From Octopus sinensis (taxonomy: Eukaryota), in assembly GCF_006345805.1 (NCBI RefSeq), contig NC_043009.1:56668001-56732000 (forward strand): a DNA stretch of 64,000 nucleotides. The letters run 5' to 3'. Every line of letters starts with the position of its first letter. Within the stretch, counting starts at the first letter, position 1. The translations under genes and the position numbers were made by a program. Under the pieces are notes generated by a model. That model was given only the letters and a program-made list of their open reading frames with translations, ran no database searches and was not told the DNA's origin. Positions 1 to 11,922 of the stretch are shown here, one piece after another.

Positions 1-5
1 ATATA

Positions 6-244
6 TTCTTCTTTTACTTGTTTCAGTCATTTGATTGCGGCCATGCAAAAGTACCATCTTTAATCGAGCATTTATACCCCCAGGACTTATTCTTTGTAAG
101 CTTAGTACTTATTCTATCGGGCTCTTTCGCCGAACTGCTAAGTTTGATTGTCAAGCGATGTTGGGGGAGACAAACACAGATACACAAACATATACACACG
201 CATACATACATACATACATGCATGCATACATACATACATACATA

Positions 245-295
<51 letters not shown>

Positions 296-482
296 TATAT
301 ATATATATATATATATATACAATAGGCTTCTTTCAGTTTTCGTCTTCCAAATCCACTCACAAGGCTTTGGTCGTCCCAAGGCTACAGTAGAAGACACTTG
401 CTCAAGGTGCCACACAGTGGGACTGAACCCGGAACCATGAGGTTGGTAAGCAAGCTACTTAATACATAACCACTCTTGCGCC
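6..482 (-). mobile_element. tRNA-derived SINE, family A, full length, with internal (CA)/(TA) microsatellite
   Basis: Minus strand reads a GGCGCAAGAGTGG... head with B-box GGTTCAGTCCC, body GGCACCTTGAGCAAGTGTCTTCTACT and tail ...AATGACTGAAACAAGTAAAAGA. The same sequence recurs more than 10 times in the window. Confidence 0.9.
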
Positions 483-527
483 CATACACACACACACACA
501 CACATATATGTGCATATATATAAATAT

Positions 528-561
<34 letters not shown>

Positions 562-576
562 GCATATATACTTGCA

Positions 577-800
577 GGCGGCGAGCTGGCAGAAACGTTA
601 GCACACCGGGCGAAATTCTTAGCGGTATTTCGTCTGCCGCTACGTTCTGAGTTCAAATTCCGCCGAGGTCGACTTTGCCTTTCATCCTTTCGGGGTCGAT
701 TAAATAAGTACCAGTTACTGGGGTCGATATAATCGACTTAATCCAATTGTCTGTCTTTGTTTGTCCTCTCTATGTTTAGCCCCTTGTGGGCAATAGAATT
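577..800 (+). mobile_element. tRNA-derived SINE, family B, monomer
   Basis: GGCGGCGAGCTGGCAGAAACGTTAG (A-box), GAGTTCAAATTCC (B-box), central GTCGACTTTGCCTTTCATCCTTTCGGGGTCGAT (resembles the MetaSINE core as I recall it), tail GCCCCTTGTGGGCAATA. Many copies in the window. Confidence 0.88.
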
Positions 801-851
801 GTATATATGCATATAATATTACATATGTATGTGTGTGTGTATACATATACA

Positions 852-896
<45 letters not shown>

Positions 897-1210
897 ATAT
901 ATAATATGCATATATACATATGTGTGTATGTATATATATACACACACACACACATCAACAGACACGTATATATATAATATATACATATATATATATATAA
1001 TATATAATATATATAAATATCTATATATATTTACACATTCAATATATCATACCTTGATAACTGTGTGAACAAGATCCCCGTTGACAGACCGCTGTTATTT
1101 AAACAGTGTTAAGCACTTTGGGTATACAAATTAGGGACTCCTTCATAGAGTAACTGCTGCATTTGTTGAGGATATAAACAGTTTGGCAGCCAATCCCTCA
1201 TAATGATGTA

Positions 1211-1259
1211 GACGCCTCTGATGAGAACCCAATAAGGTTCGAAAACTGATTAAGGTTGT
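1211..1259 (+). ncRNA. Degenerate minimal type I hammerhead ribozyme motif in a Penelope-like LTR fragment (~1050-1310)
   Basis: GACGCCT-CTGATGA-GAACC(CAATAA)GGTTC-GAAA-ACTGAT-TA-AGGTTGT: intact core boxes and a perfect 5-bp stem II; stems I and III are imperfect. Confidence 0.6.
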
Positions 1260-1541
1260 TTATCGTTTTTACAGTCTGCAGAGAAATGGCTAAATTTTGC
1301 CGTTTCTGCGTAATATATATTATGCATACACACACATGTATATATAACGGTATGGTTTATAGTGAATTTGACAAAATGATTTAAACACAGTTTGAAAGTG
1401 TATCATTAAAGGGAGATAATGCCAATAAAATCAGCGGATTCAGTTTTCAGAATGTTATAACATCGGATAGAATAGCTTGCAAGTTTTTTTTATTCCACCT
1501 CGTATGTATGTATATGTACATACATACTCTCTTTCTCTCGC

Positions 1542-1574
<33 letters not shown>

Positions 1575-1587
1575 ACACACACACACA

Positions 1588-1621
<34 letters not shown>

Positions 1622-1882
1622 AATATTCGCAATTTTAATGGAAATATTTCTTTATACACAGCAATAAAATAGAGAACTCAATAAAAGTGGAATGTAACCG
1701 CGTTTTCGACAATAATATAATGATACATCAATACAGATAAAATGTAAAATGAAGACACTTTTGAAAATAATATCAAGGATGATATCGATATAGGTATTTT
1801 ACACACACATATACAAACACACACACACACACAGAGACACACACAGACACACACAGACACACACACACACACCAACACACAC

Positions 1883-1919
<37 letters not shown>

Positions 1920-1923
1920 TATA

Positions 1924-1971
<48 letters not shown>

Positions 1972-1975
1972 AGGT

Positions 1976-2170
1976 TACATATGTTTCATAGAGAGCGGAA
2001 CCTATGAAGTAATAATATCGAAGTTTACATCGTCGCAAGGAAGTACATGTTAACCCCGATGTAAACTTTCATTTAATCAAGATATCATTGGCTTGAAGAG
2101 TAGCCTGCGGTATACACCTCGCTTGGATATTTATCACTTCTGAGGTTCCGCTCTCTATGAAACATGTGGA
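1976..2170. repeat. Inverted repeat (~45-bp arms) beside a (TA)n tract; probable Penelope-like inverted LTR remnant
   Basis: CATATGTTTCATAGAGAGCGGAACCT...AAGT pairs with ACTTCTGAGGTTCCGCTCTCTATGAAACATGTG. A second inner inverted pair is AAGTTTACATCG/CGATGTAAACTT. Confidence 0.6.
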
Positions 2171-2240
2171 CCGGATCTTACCAACTCCATTCCTTAACTC
2201 TTGTATTCTTGTATGTGTATGTGTCTATGTTTATACGTAC

Positions 2241-2284
<44 letters not shown>

Positions 2285-2868
2285 TGTGTGTGTGAATGTA
2301 GAGAATGTAGAGAATGTATAGTTATTCAAAACAGTGTCTGAGTGAACCAAATTACTACACGGAATTTCTTGGAAAAAACTGCAAAAGTCACTCAAGATTG
2401 ATTACTTACCATAAATCAGTTGACGATCATAAAGTTGTGCTGGAAAGGCGTAAACGAGATACACACTGGGAAATGGTGAAAAACATTACAAAAAGGCAAA
2501 AAGAATGTACATTTTAGAGAAGCTATGAATATATTAGGTAAGAGATCCTCGATAAAATACGCCAATAAAATATCTGCATTGGGTAACTGGGATTTCGAAT
2601 CAGCATCAAGAAATTTTCATCATTATTTACTTAGTTAAAGACCGGATATAAATATCTATAGCACGAGTGAAGCATGATAAATGAGAATAAATATATGTAC
2701 GGTACTCGTATATAATACGTATAATAGATAAATAAATATATATTTAGTCTTCCTAATGAAACTAGACGTTTCGATCCTCATTCAACGATGTCGGGAGACG
2801 TTGCTTTGTCAGCAGGATCTATTTCTGTAGCGAAATTAAATAAGTGGATATTATGTGCATGGATGTGC

Positions 2869-2930
<62 letters not shown>

Positions 2931-3308
2931 TATGTGTGTGTGCATGTGCATGTATGTAAGTATGTATGCATAAATATATACGAACACATGCACACACACT
3001 TACGTACCGATATACATGTACAGAAACGTATATTTGCATATATTTACATTCGGGTATATATACGTATGTTTTTTATATAATATATATATATATATATACA
3101 TAGCATATGTGGTATATATATATTCATATATATACATATATATATGTGTGTGTGTGGTGTGTATACATAACATATTCACACATACATGCATATATATATA
3201 CACACACAGACATATAGTTTGTGTATGTACGTACATATACATACATACATACATACATATATAATATAATATATATATATATATATATATCATATATATA
3301 TATACATA

Positions 3309-3377
<69 letters not shown>

Positions 3378-3782
3378 CGTCTCGTCCACAAGAAGAATAT
3401 ACTACTCCTTCCTATGTATGGGGGTTTTTATTCCTATTTTCGCGTTTCGTTTATTTCTTTTCAGTAGAGTCTGCCAGTGATTTCTGTAAAGTAGGAGTTC
3501 TTTGTCAGTTTACTTAATTATGTCAGCGTCGTAAGTTCTCTTGTCAGCAACTCAGAATGCTAGAGACATATCGTGTTGCAAATAACCGCAAAACTGTGGC
3601 AGTGTGTGTGTGTGTGTGTCAAAACAGCAGACTACGAATAGTGAAACACCTTACATTTGTGTATGCGTGAGTGTATATATGTGTGTTTTTGTGAATGTGT
3701 ATATATATGTGCATGTGAGTGTATGAAAACATTAGGTCATGTATAGTAAAACACCTTATATTTGTGTGAATGAGAATGTATG

Positions 3783-3813
<31 letters not shown>

Positions 3814-4167
3814 GTATGTATGTATGTATGTATGTAGAGATGTGTGTGAGCGTGTCTGCAAAACCTAAGTCTGTGTTTCTGAATGTTTGTATGCATGTAT
3901 GTATTCTTAGAAGTTACACAAAACGCAAGAATGTGGTATATAGCAACAAAACAAAATAATAATAATAATAAATAGAATAAAATGGAAAAAAGTATGAACA
4001 TGGCCGGTTTTCATAAATATATATTAACCCCTGTACTGCACATAACTCTTGAGATTGTGATGGTCACATCGGATTATGTTTACATTTCAGTACACAGATT
4101 ACTTACATATATATATATGCTTATATGTCGTGTCTGTATATGCACACGCATATACAGACACAAACAC

Positions 4168-4286
<119 letters not shown>

Positions 4287-4330
4287 TATACATACATACA
4301 TATAATATATAAAAATATAAAACAATTAAA

Positions 4331-4400
4331 ATATTTACATCCCGGACCTAGGTTTTATTTGTTAATTAAAGTTCGAAACCTAAGTCCGGGAGGTAAATAT
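4331..4400. repeat. Short hairpin whose arms are the 3' half of a hammerhead motif (Penelope-like inverted junction)
   Basis: ATATTTACATCCCGGACCTAGGTTT / AAACCTAAGTCCGGGAGGTAAATAT. The right arm reads GAAA-CCTAAG-TC-CGGGAG. Confidence 0.55.
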
Positions 4401-4561
4401 TGCAAATGTTTTTTTATTTTTCATTCCCTTCAAAATTGCTCTTAACCGTGGTTTGGACTTTGACTGTTCCTTCTAGCATGTAAGGTGTCCTGTTAGGTTC
4501 ACCTCTTTTGTGTTTCAATGTACACTAATTTTATATATATATATATACATATATATATATG

Positions 4562-4823
4562 TCCATGTCGTGGCAAGGACATATTACCATGGATAGGACA
4601 GCTTCTTCGAGAAGAACATACAACAGAATGAGGAGGCAAAACGCAGGAGAAGAAAGGAGCATCTTCAACATCCTCAGCCTGCATCGACCATCCCGTGCGA
4701 GTTCTGCCCACGACTCTTTCACCACCGACTTGGACTCCAGAGTCACTTTCGGCACAAACATCAGCCGAGGAGACTGGATGGAAACTGACGAACCTGATGC
4801 TCGGATACGAGCTGGAGCCGACT
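4562..4823 (+). mobile_element. RTE-clade LINE 3' end (C-terminal C2H2-type zinc motif plus short 3' UTR)
   Basis: Translates FFEKNIQQNEEAKRRRRKEHLQHPQPASTIPCEFCPRLFHHRLGLQSHFRHKH, matching the RTE/BovB C-terminus (CxxC...GLxSH). Flanked by TA repeats. Confidence 0.8.
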
Positions 4824-5277
4824 TATATATGTATTTGTAAATTGAAAGATATATATATATATATATATTATAATATTCCAAGAGAGATGGAGGTTGTGAA
4901 TCCAACTAAGGGATAATATATATCCAATATAATGCTGGTAAAATACCCAATTATTAATACACAAGTGTTTTTTCATTGCATGGCAATTACATTGCCGAGT
5001 GTAATAAATGTGTGAGGGTAAAAAGTTATTTTACCCTTAATTTATATAGCAATTAATTTATATAGAAAATGGAGGGGATCAATAGTTGGTATTTATCAAC
5101 TTATAGACATTCCCGCAGGATTTCAGTTACTCAATAAACAAAAATAACGGAAAATAATAAAGTATATTTATTAATAGCCGGAAATTTATGACTTGTAGTA
5201 CCAACTATACTCTAACCCACTTATTGTGGACTTTGGTCTAAAGCCCTGAATAGAAACATACCGCATGTTTTATGATA

Positions 5278-5359
<82 letters not shown>

Positions 5360-5598
5360 CTTATATTTATATTCTCTTTTATATATATTCTACTTATTAT
5401 ACAACATTACTCTTTTATGTACACTTTTTTATGTACATTCCTTTATGTACACTTATTGTTTCTGCTTTTTATATTTAACATATAGTCTCTTATGTGGTGG
5501 TTTAATAAGTATGTGATTGAGTATTATCTGGTAATTGATATTTAATTTAGATGTATTTCTCCATTTTCTTATCTTGTATATATATATATATATTATAT

Positions 5599-5663
<65 letters not shown>

Positions 5664-5667
5664 TAAA

Positions 5668-6048
5668 CCATAGTGATTAAATTCATATAACAAGTTTAAA
5701 CCAGACTCATACCAAGAACTGCATGCATTCGGAATCCCAAAGGGGTCCTTTCCAAGAAAATGAAGTTTTAAGTGTTCGGACATCTCAACGATGTTTTGGT
5801 TAGTTTCGCTCGGGAGAGTTTTCTCTTACAGATTGATCTCGATCAATATATTTACAGAATTTCGTCTCTTGATCGAGATCAATCTGTAAGAGAAAACTCT
5901 CCCGAGCGAAACTAACTAAAACACTCGTTGAGATGTCCGAATACTTAAAACTTCATTTTCTTGGAAAGAACCCCTTAGGGATTCCGAATGCATGCAGTTC
6001 TTGGTATGAGTCTGTTTTAAACTTGTTATATGAATTTAATCACTATGG
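5668..6048. repeat. Long near-perfect inverted repeat (~180-bp arms, 22-nt spacer)
   Basis: 5668-5846 is the reverse complement of 5869-6048 with few mismatches. Adjacent to (TA)n, a layout typical of Penelope-like inverted pLTRs. Confidence 0.85.
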
Positions 6049-6290
6049 CTTAGATTTAATCACTATGGTATAATAGGAATTTAATCCCTATGGTATAAAG
6101 TAATCCGCAAAGAAAAACATTAGAATGTAGAATGCTTATTTTAACGTAAGTAAAGTGTGCCCGTGTGCTCGTGTGTGTGTGTGCGTGTGTATGTGTGTGT
6201 GTATGTGTGTGTGTGGTTTGTGTGTGTGTGTGTGTGTGCGTGTGTGTGTCTGTGTGTTCGTGTGTGTTCGTGTGTATGTGTGTACATATT

Positions 6291-6770
6291 CAGGATGTAC
6301 CAAAAAACTGTTTACACATTTTAACAGTTGATAGCTCACTCAATTTTCATTTCTTTTTATATTAAACCCATCAAAAATAATGAAGGGAGCCAGATTATAC
6401 TTTGAACAAAGGTGATTTGTGCCAATGTGTTACGGGAAATCTGAAAATGCAATTGAATAGCATAGATCTTTTAGGAAGGAGTTTCAAACAGAACCACCAG
6501 TGCGACTAGCCATCACTCGAATAAGTAATAAGTTCGAAGCCAATAAAACTGTTCAGAATGTCCACAAGAAAAGTTTGCTTCGGAAGACGGAAGACGGCAA
6601 CAAGCTTCACGAAACAACAAAGTGTTCTAGAAAGGTTCCAGAAAATTTCTGCGGCGAGCAAGTTGTGAGATAGGAATTTAAAAATCAAACGTCCATCTAA
6701 TTTTGAATCGAGGTTATTGGAAAAGTTACACTTCCAGAAAAGTCCATACTCTCAATGAAGGGATCTGGAC
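6291..6770 (+). pseudogene. 5' fragment of a Tc1/mariner-superfamily transposon (DUF4817-type HTH transposase N-terminus), decayed
   Basis: Terminus-like CAGGATGTACCAAAAAA, then MKGARLYFEQR*FVPMCYGKSENAIE*HRSFRKEFQTEPPVRLAITRISNKFEANKTVQNVHK with in-frame stops. Confidence 0.7.
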
Positions 6771-7338
6771 CGAAGAATGGAGTTATGTAAGTGGTACTTA
6801 GTAAAATGTGAAAAAGACGCTCTCTTAAGACATGGTTGGGGTGGGGGAGGTCATACTGGGCACATGCCCAGGGGCCCACAATTATACAGAACCCCAATTC
6901 TCATTTATGTATGTTGTGGCTTGCTGTCAATAAATAAATACTTACGGGCCCCTGTACATTGATTTGCCCGGGGACCTATAATACGGCTAATATAATACGC
7001 ACCTAGTATAATGTACACGCGCGCACACACACACACTCACACACACATAGAGGAGAGCATACACTTGTATACACCACCACCATCACAAACATATGTTTGC
7101 AAACGACGTGTTTCGGGTTTCGGTTCGCAGTCACAACTGTCACTCACGCCAACAGATCTTTTAGGATAAGCGGTTGGGTTGATGAGAATGTTTGTTTATC
7201 AGCCAAGATTGATATAGGTCGGGTGGGATGTAGGTGAATAAAAGCCAACCCAAATGATTATACACTCTCTCACTCGTACCAAGCCCATACTGACACACCC
7301 AGCTGATACTCGGAAGATAAAACACGCGCTTTAATGTA

Positions 7339-7718
<380 letters not shown>

Positions 7719-8295
7719 CCAATGCAATCTATCTTAAATTCTGTGGCTATACATTTGGGTATAATGAATTCTCTGCAAGTCATTCTTGCATAAGACGCCG
7801 TGTATCTTTTCAGGATTTCTACGTTTTGAGTTCAAAATCCACAGAAGTTAATTTTATCTTCTACGTTTTCGCAGTCTATACATATAGATCCACTCAGGTC
7901 CTGGGAATCAATTATCTCACTCTTTCTCTCTCAACCTTGCTTTCTTTTTGATGGCCGTCCCTGTTGCCCTCTTTTTATAACCTAGTACATCTTTGGGTTA
8001 ATGACATCCTGTTCATCCCATATATAGAGAGAGAGAGTTAACGACATGGGTAGATCCCATCCTCCTCATCTAATACATTAAAATATTGAAGGATGTGATT
8101 CTTCATTGTAGGGGGAAGTAACACTAATTGGCATCAAGCCATTTTATCTTAATACTGACCCATTAGCTTAACATACACTCACATACAAACACTTACATAC
8201 GCTCATGCACGCATATACACAGTAATACAAGACAATGTAGTGTTGCAGAGGAAGGCACCAACAAATTAGACTGATAGTTCACCCGATATATGTAC

Positions 8296-8880
8296 AAGGC
8301 AGCTCCGTCGCGTGACTTTTAGAGGACCCCTGCAACATTTTGTTTCGAGGCCCCATCCCTTCAATCAAAATTCATAATCTACGCACCTTTTATTCGTAGC
8401 TGTATTTTACTTCATTCTGTCTGCAGTTCAATCTTTCACGTTATCCTAAAGAACATTTTTTTAAAAGTACAAGTTAAATTTATTTGGGTCCATTATGAAC
8501 TTCAATAAGTAAAACTTCCAGATATGAATAAAAGAACACTTTTATAATCCATGCAACATTCAAAGACAAACACAGCGCACTTTTTGCTTTGTGAAATCAT
8601 CGATCAGTTCAGAATAATCAAGCTGAGAGCTAAGTTCGTGTTCAATAGATATCATAGACAATCCACAAAATCTGGTACACGTTCGTGGTACAATGTAATA
8701 TTTTTACAAGTACTTTAGAAGGTACAATGTATTACTATTTTATTTCTTGAATTTTTCAGTTAACATAGTTTAATTCTTGTTCAACATCTTAACCAAAGCA
8801 AACAATGACTCATCTGCGACCGCAGGGGATGTAAGGACTTAGCGAGGGCCCTGGAACAAGGAAATGATAAATCCTTGAAT
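8296..8880 (-). mobile_element. hAT (Tip100-like) transposon remnant with transposase C-terminus
   Basis: Minus strand ~8570-8680 reads RFCGLSMISIEHELSSQLDYSELIDDFTKQKVR, like the hAT dimerisation-domain end (RLxGLAxLSIExE...IIDDFA). GGCCCC/GGGCCC subterminal motifs at both ends. Confidence 0.6.
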
Positions 8881-8929
8881 CTTTCTTTGCATTGTAAGCT
8901 GTGTGCATTGTTCTTTTATTATTTTACAA

Positions 8930-9110
8930 TACTTCAAGCGAACCTCCACTCTATTCATTAACTACTATGCTAAATCCTAACTCCTTGGTTTATTGTACGT
9001 CGGAGAAATTGGTCGGAAGTTAGGTGATTATTTTAGAGATCGTTTGATTGTCGTTCGACGGAACAGCACCGGGTCACTCAAACGCTCGATTTCTACTTCA
9101 ATTTTCCAGC
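8930..9110 (+). pseudogene. Penelope-like GIY-YIG endonuclease fragment
   Basis: LYVGEIGRKLGDYFRDRLIVVRRN resembles the PLE motif YIGETGRxLxDRFxEHLxxVR. Confidence 0.6.
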
Positions 9111-9389
9111 CAACTCCCAATTGTATCTCATTGTTTACACCTGTTTCTGGACTTCTTTTAATATCTTTTCTTAACAGCCTTTCCACCGAGCAGGCAGCAA
9201 AATCAAAAGTAACTTTAAAGGTCCAATTAGGAAGAGAAAATATATATGCTTAAGTATTCATATATGCATACATATAAGCACACACAAATGCAAACACACA
9301 CACACACACTCAAAATATATAGACAAACAAACATACACTTATGTTGAAAAACAAATCAATAGCTAACAAATTTTTGATATTTTGATGAA

Positions 9390-10050
9390 TTATGGAGGTA
9401 GGTGTTCTGGAGGAAAGGTAACCAATGTAAGAGCAAGATGGAAAAGTCCAAGAACCAGTAACTGCTGAGGAAAACAAAAGGGTTCACAACCCTATTGAAG
9501 ATAGTACGATGCTTGCATATGAAATGCAATATTGCTTATCAAGTGAAACACAAGTGTTGAATACGATCGATGTGTGAAAGTTGGACAGAAATGTGACGGG
9601 TACTGTTCCTTGGATGTGTGAAAGTTGGACAGAAATGTGACGGGTACTGTTCCTTGGATGTGTGAAAGTTGGACAGAAATGAGACGGGCACTGGCCCTTG
9701 AATGTGTGAAAACTGGACAGAAATAAGACGGCGAATACTGTTCTTTGGATGTGTATTGTCAATGTTGAATGAATGAGTTGAGAGAAAAACTAAATATAAG
9801 AGCAATGAAATGTACTGTGTTGCTGACATATTAATCTGTGGAGGATCACAGTCGGAGAAAGAAGTGCCAAATGATTTAAATGGGAGAGACCTGCGCAAAT
9901 GGAAGATTGAAAAACAAATGATGATGGTTGATCTCAGAATGTTCAAGCACGCAAAAGAGAAAGACAAAAAAGACTGTTAGAAGTTGTGAGACGTATTGGA
10001 AAAGAACAAGTGCAACAAATGCTAACAGAGAAAACCAGATGTTAACTGGT
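9390..10050 (+). mobile_element. Decayed RTE-clade LINE 3' portion containing a 44-bp x4 minisatellite
   Basis: GGRCSGGKVTNVRARWK, SSETQVLNTIDV*KLDRN...WMC and NELREKLNIR match RTE post-RT motifs (GSETW...LERNE..MLRWMC...ELREKL). Ends at a (GGT)n tract. Confidence 0.65.
9569..9754. repeat. Minisatellite, 44-bp unit x4
   Basis: GATGTGTGAAAGTTGGACAGAAATGTGACGGGTACTGTTCCTTG starts at 9569, 9613, 9657 and 9701; units 1 and 2 are identical. Confidence 0.92.
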
Positions 10051-11337
10051 GGTGGTGGTGATAGTGGTGGTGGTGGTGATGGCGTAAATACTTTCATACA
10101 TACGTACAAACAAACCCACATTCAAGAGCAAGAGATAGCCACAAAACACATGCCGAAGAAGAATATCGCAGTGAAACTCTTAAGCTCCCAAATGCGATCG
10201 AAAATGTCAATTCTGTTGCTTATGTTGGAAGAAGAAAAGAACACATGTAATCAGTTGCTACTCTAAAATGTTGCTGAGGCACTTTTCACCAATGTCATGA
10301 CATTGTTACTAAAACAATATACAATGCTGCCGCCGTAAACATTGCCTTGGTATATAGAAAAATATTTCTATATTTTAAAGCCAGAAATAATGGTGGGACA
10401 TGCTCATCGAAATTTCTATTAAATGCAAACACACAGGTATAGATGTAGTTTTTTTCAGCCATGTCAGCAGTCCAGGTTTTTGTGGAATATTTCATTCGAG
10501 ATCATTGAGAAAGAGAACGTTTATGGATAACTACTTATGGAGGTTCTTCAGGCAAACAAAGAGGCCTTTGAACACGTATTCTGTAGATTCGCTCTGTAAG
10601 TAGAATAGTAAAACTACTATGCAAGAGTTTTCTGAAATTCAACCTTTCCCTTTATAGTTGTGCAATTTAGTCGTTTCTTACTTAGAAATTAAACCCTTCT
10701 TTTCAAGACGATTACAGGGTATTAAAAATGAAAGACTTCTAAGACCTGACCTACTTAGACAGACATGCCCACATTCACTACATGTTAAATTGGACCGTGT
10801 GCCAACATACTCAAACAAATTCACATCAAGGGTCTTATGAACGTCTCCCTTGAGCTATCAATGCACGATGCAATTTTATTAAAATTGTTTTCTCTCATGA
10901 TATACTGCTTTTATTTTTCATAACGAACGAGCTAAAGGGAGGTTTCTCCATCCATTTTCCAAGAATTTGACATTCTCCAGGGTATTCTTGATGCAGTTTT
11001 TATACCTTAATTTCGGTGTATGCTGGTCTTTTTCCACGGACTAATCTGCAAAGGCGTTCGATCACTTCCATCCTGACCACAAGAACACTCCATCGTAATC
11101 AGTGCTGAAGTACTAGAGACTATATACGGTAGACTGGCTACTTTCAAGGACTTCAGTTTCATTTACATACATTTGCCATTGGATATCCAGTATATGATGG
11201 AAATTGCTGGTAAAATCGCTTTTCCATGTCATGAATAATTAACCAAGGTCTCACATGCATATAGCAACGAAGACAAAACAGTATTGTAGGCCTTCAACTT
11301 TGTCTCTATTGAAATTCCATGCCGAGACAATAAATGT

Positions 11338-11667
11338 GGCGAGCTGGCAGAAACGTTAGCGCGCCGGGCGAAATGCTTAGCGGTATTTCGTCTGCCACTA
11401 CGTTCTGAGTTTCATCCTGTCGGGGTCGATTAAATAAGTACCAGTTACGCACTGGGGTCGATAAATCGACTTAATCCGTTTGTCTGTCCTGTTTGCCCTC
11501 TCTGTGTTTAGCCCCTTGTGGGTAGTAAGGGAATAGGTATTTCGTCTGTCGTTACGTTCTGAGTTCAAATTCCGCTGAGGTCGACTTTGCCTTTTATCCT
11601 TTCGGGTCGATAAATGTCCTTGTTTGTCCCCTCTGTTTAGCCCCTTGTGGGCAGTAAAGAAATATAT
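11338..11667 (+). mobile_element. SINE family B dimer (second unit head-less) inserted in the RTE remnant
   Basis: Family B sequence with internal restart at GGTATTTCGTC (11536). TSD ATAAATGTG (11330-11338) / ATAAACGTG (11668-11676). Confidence 0.85.
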
Positions 11668-11699
11668 ATAAACGTGTATTCAACTTTCCGAATGCATTA

Positions 11700-11922
11700 C
11701 AGTAATCCCTCGTATATCGCGGGTGTTACGCTCCTAAACCCCACGCGATAAGTGAAAATCCGCGAAGTAGAAGCAGTACTGTACTGTATATTTTTTTTAA
11801 TTATTTTTATAATTTGTATATATTTATTTTATTATAAATGCAAAACAACAATATGGAGGAGTTGACGTAAGCTTAAATAATAACCGTCGATATGTGACCT
11901 GCAATATGGCGAGGGTTTACTG
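11700..11922. mobile_element. Tigger/pogo-like MITE
   Basis: TIRs CAGTAATCCCTCGTATATCGCGG / CTGCAATATGGCGAGGGTTTACTG with TA on both sides. Confidence 0.85.

Noticed and set aside
18-440. Recurrent ORFs ending ...QIHSQGFG...CHAVGLNPEP (also 41062, 43771)
   Set aside because: Antisense translations of SINE family A, not a protein family.
2745-2800. Possible minus-strand hammerhead (GAGGATC-GAAA-CG-TC)
   Set aside because: No intact CUGANGA box or convincing stem I.
3260-3376. Phase shifts (ATT/TAA) within long (TA)n tracts as a possible code
   Set aside because: Explained by single-base indels from slippage or long-read error; no periodicity.
9569-9754. CRISPR-like array
   Set aside because: Contiguous tandem units with no unique spacers, no cas genes and a eukaryotic context.
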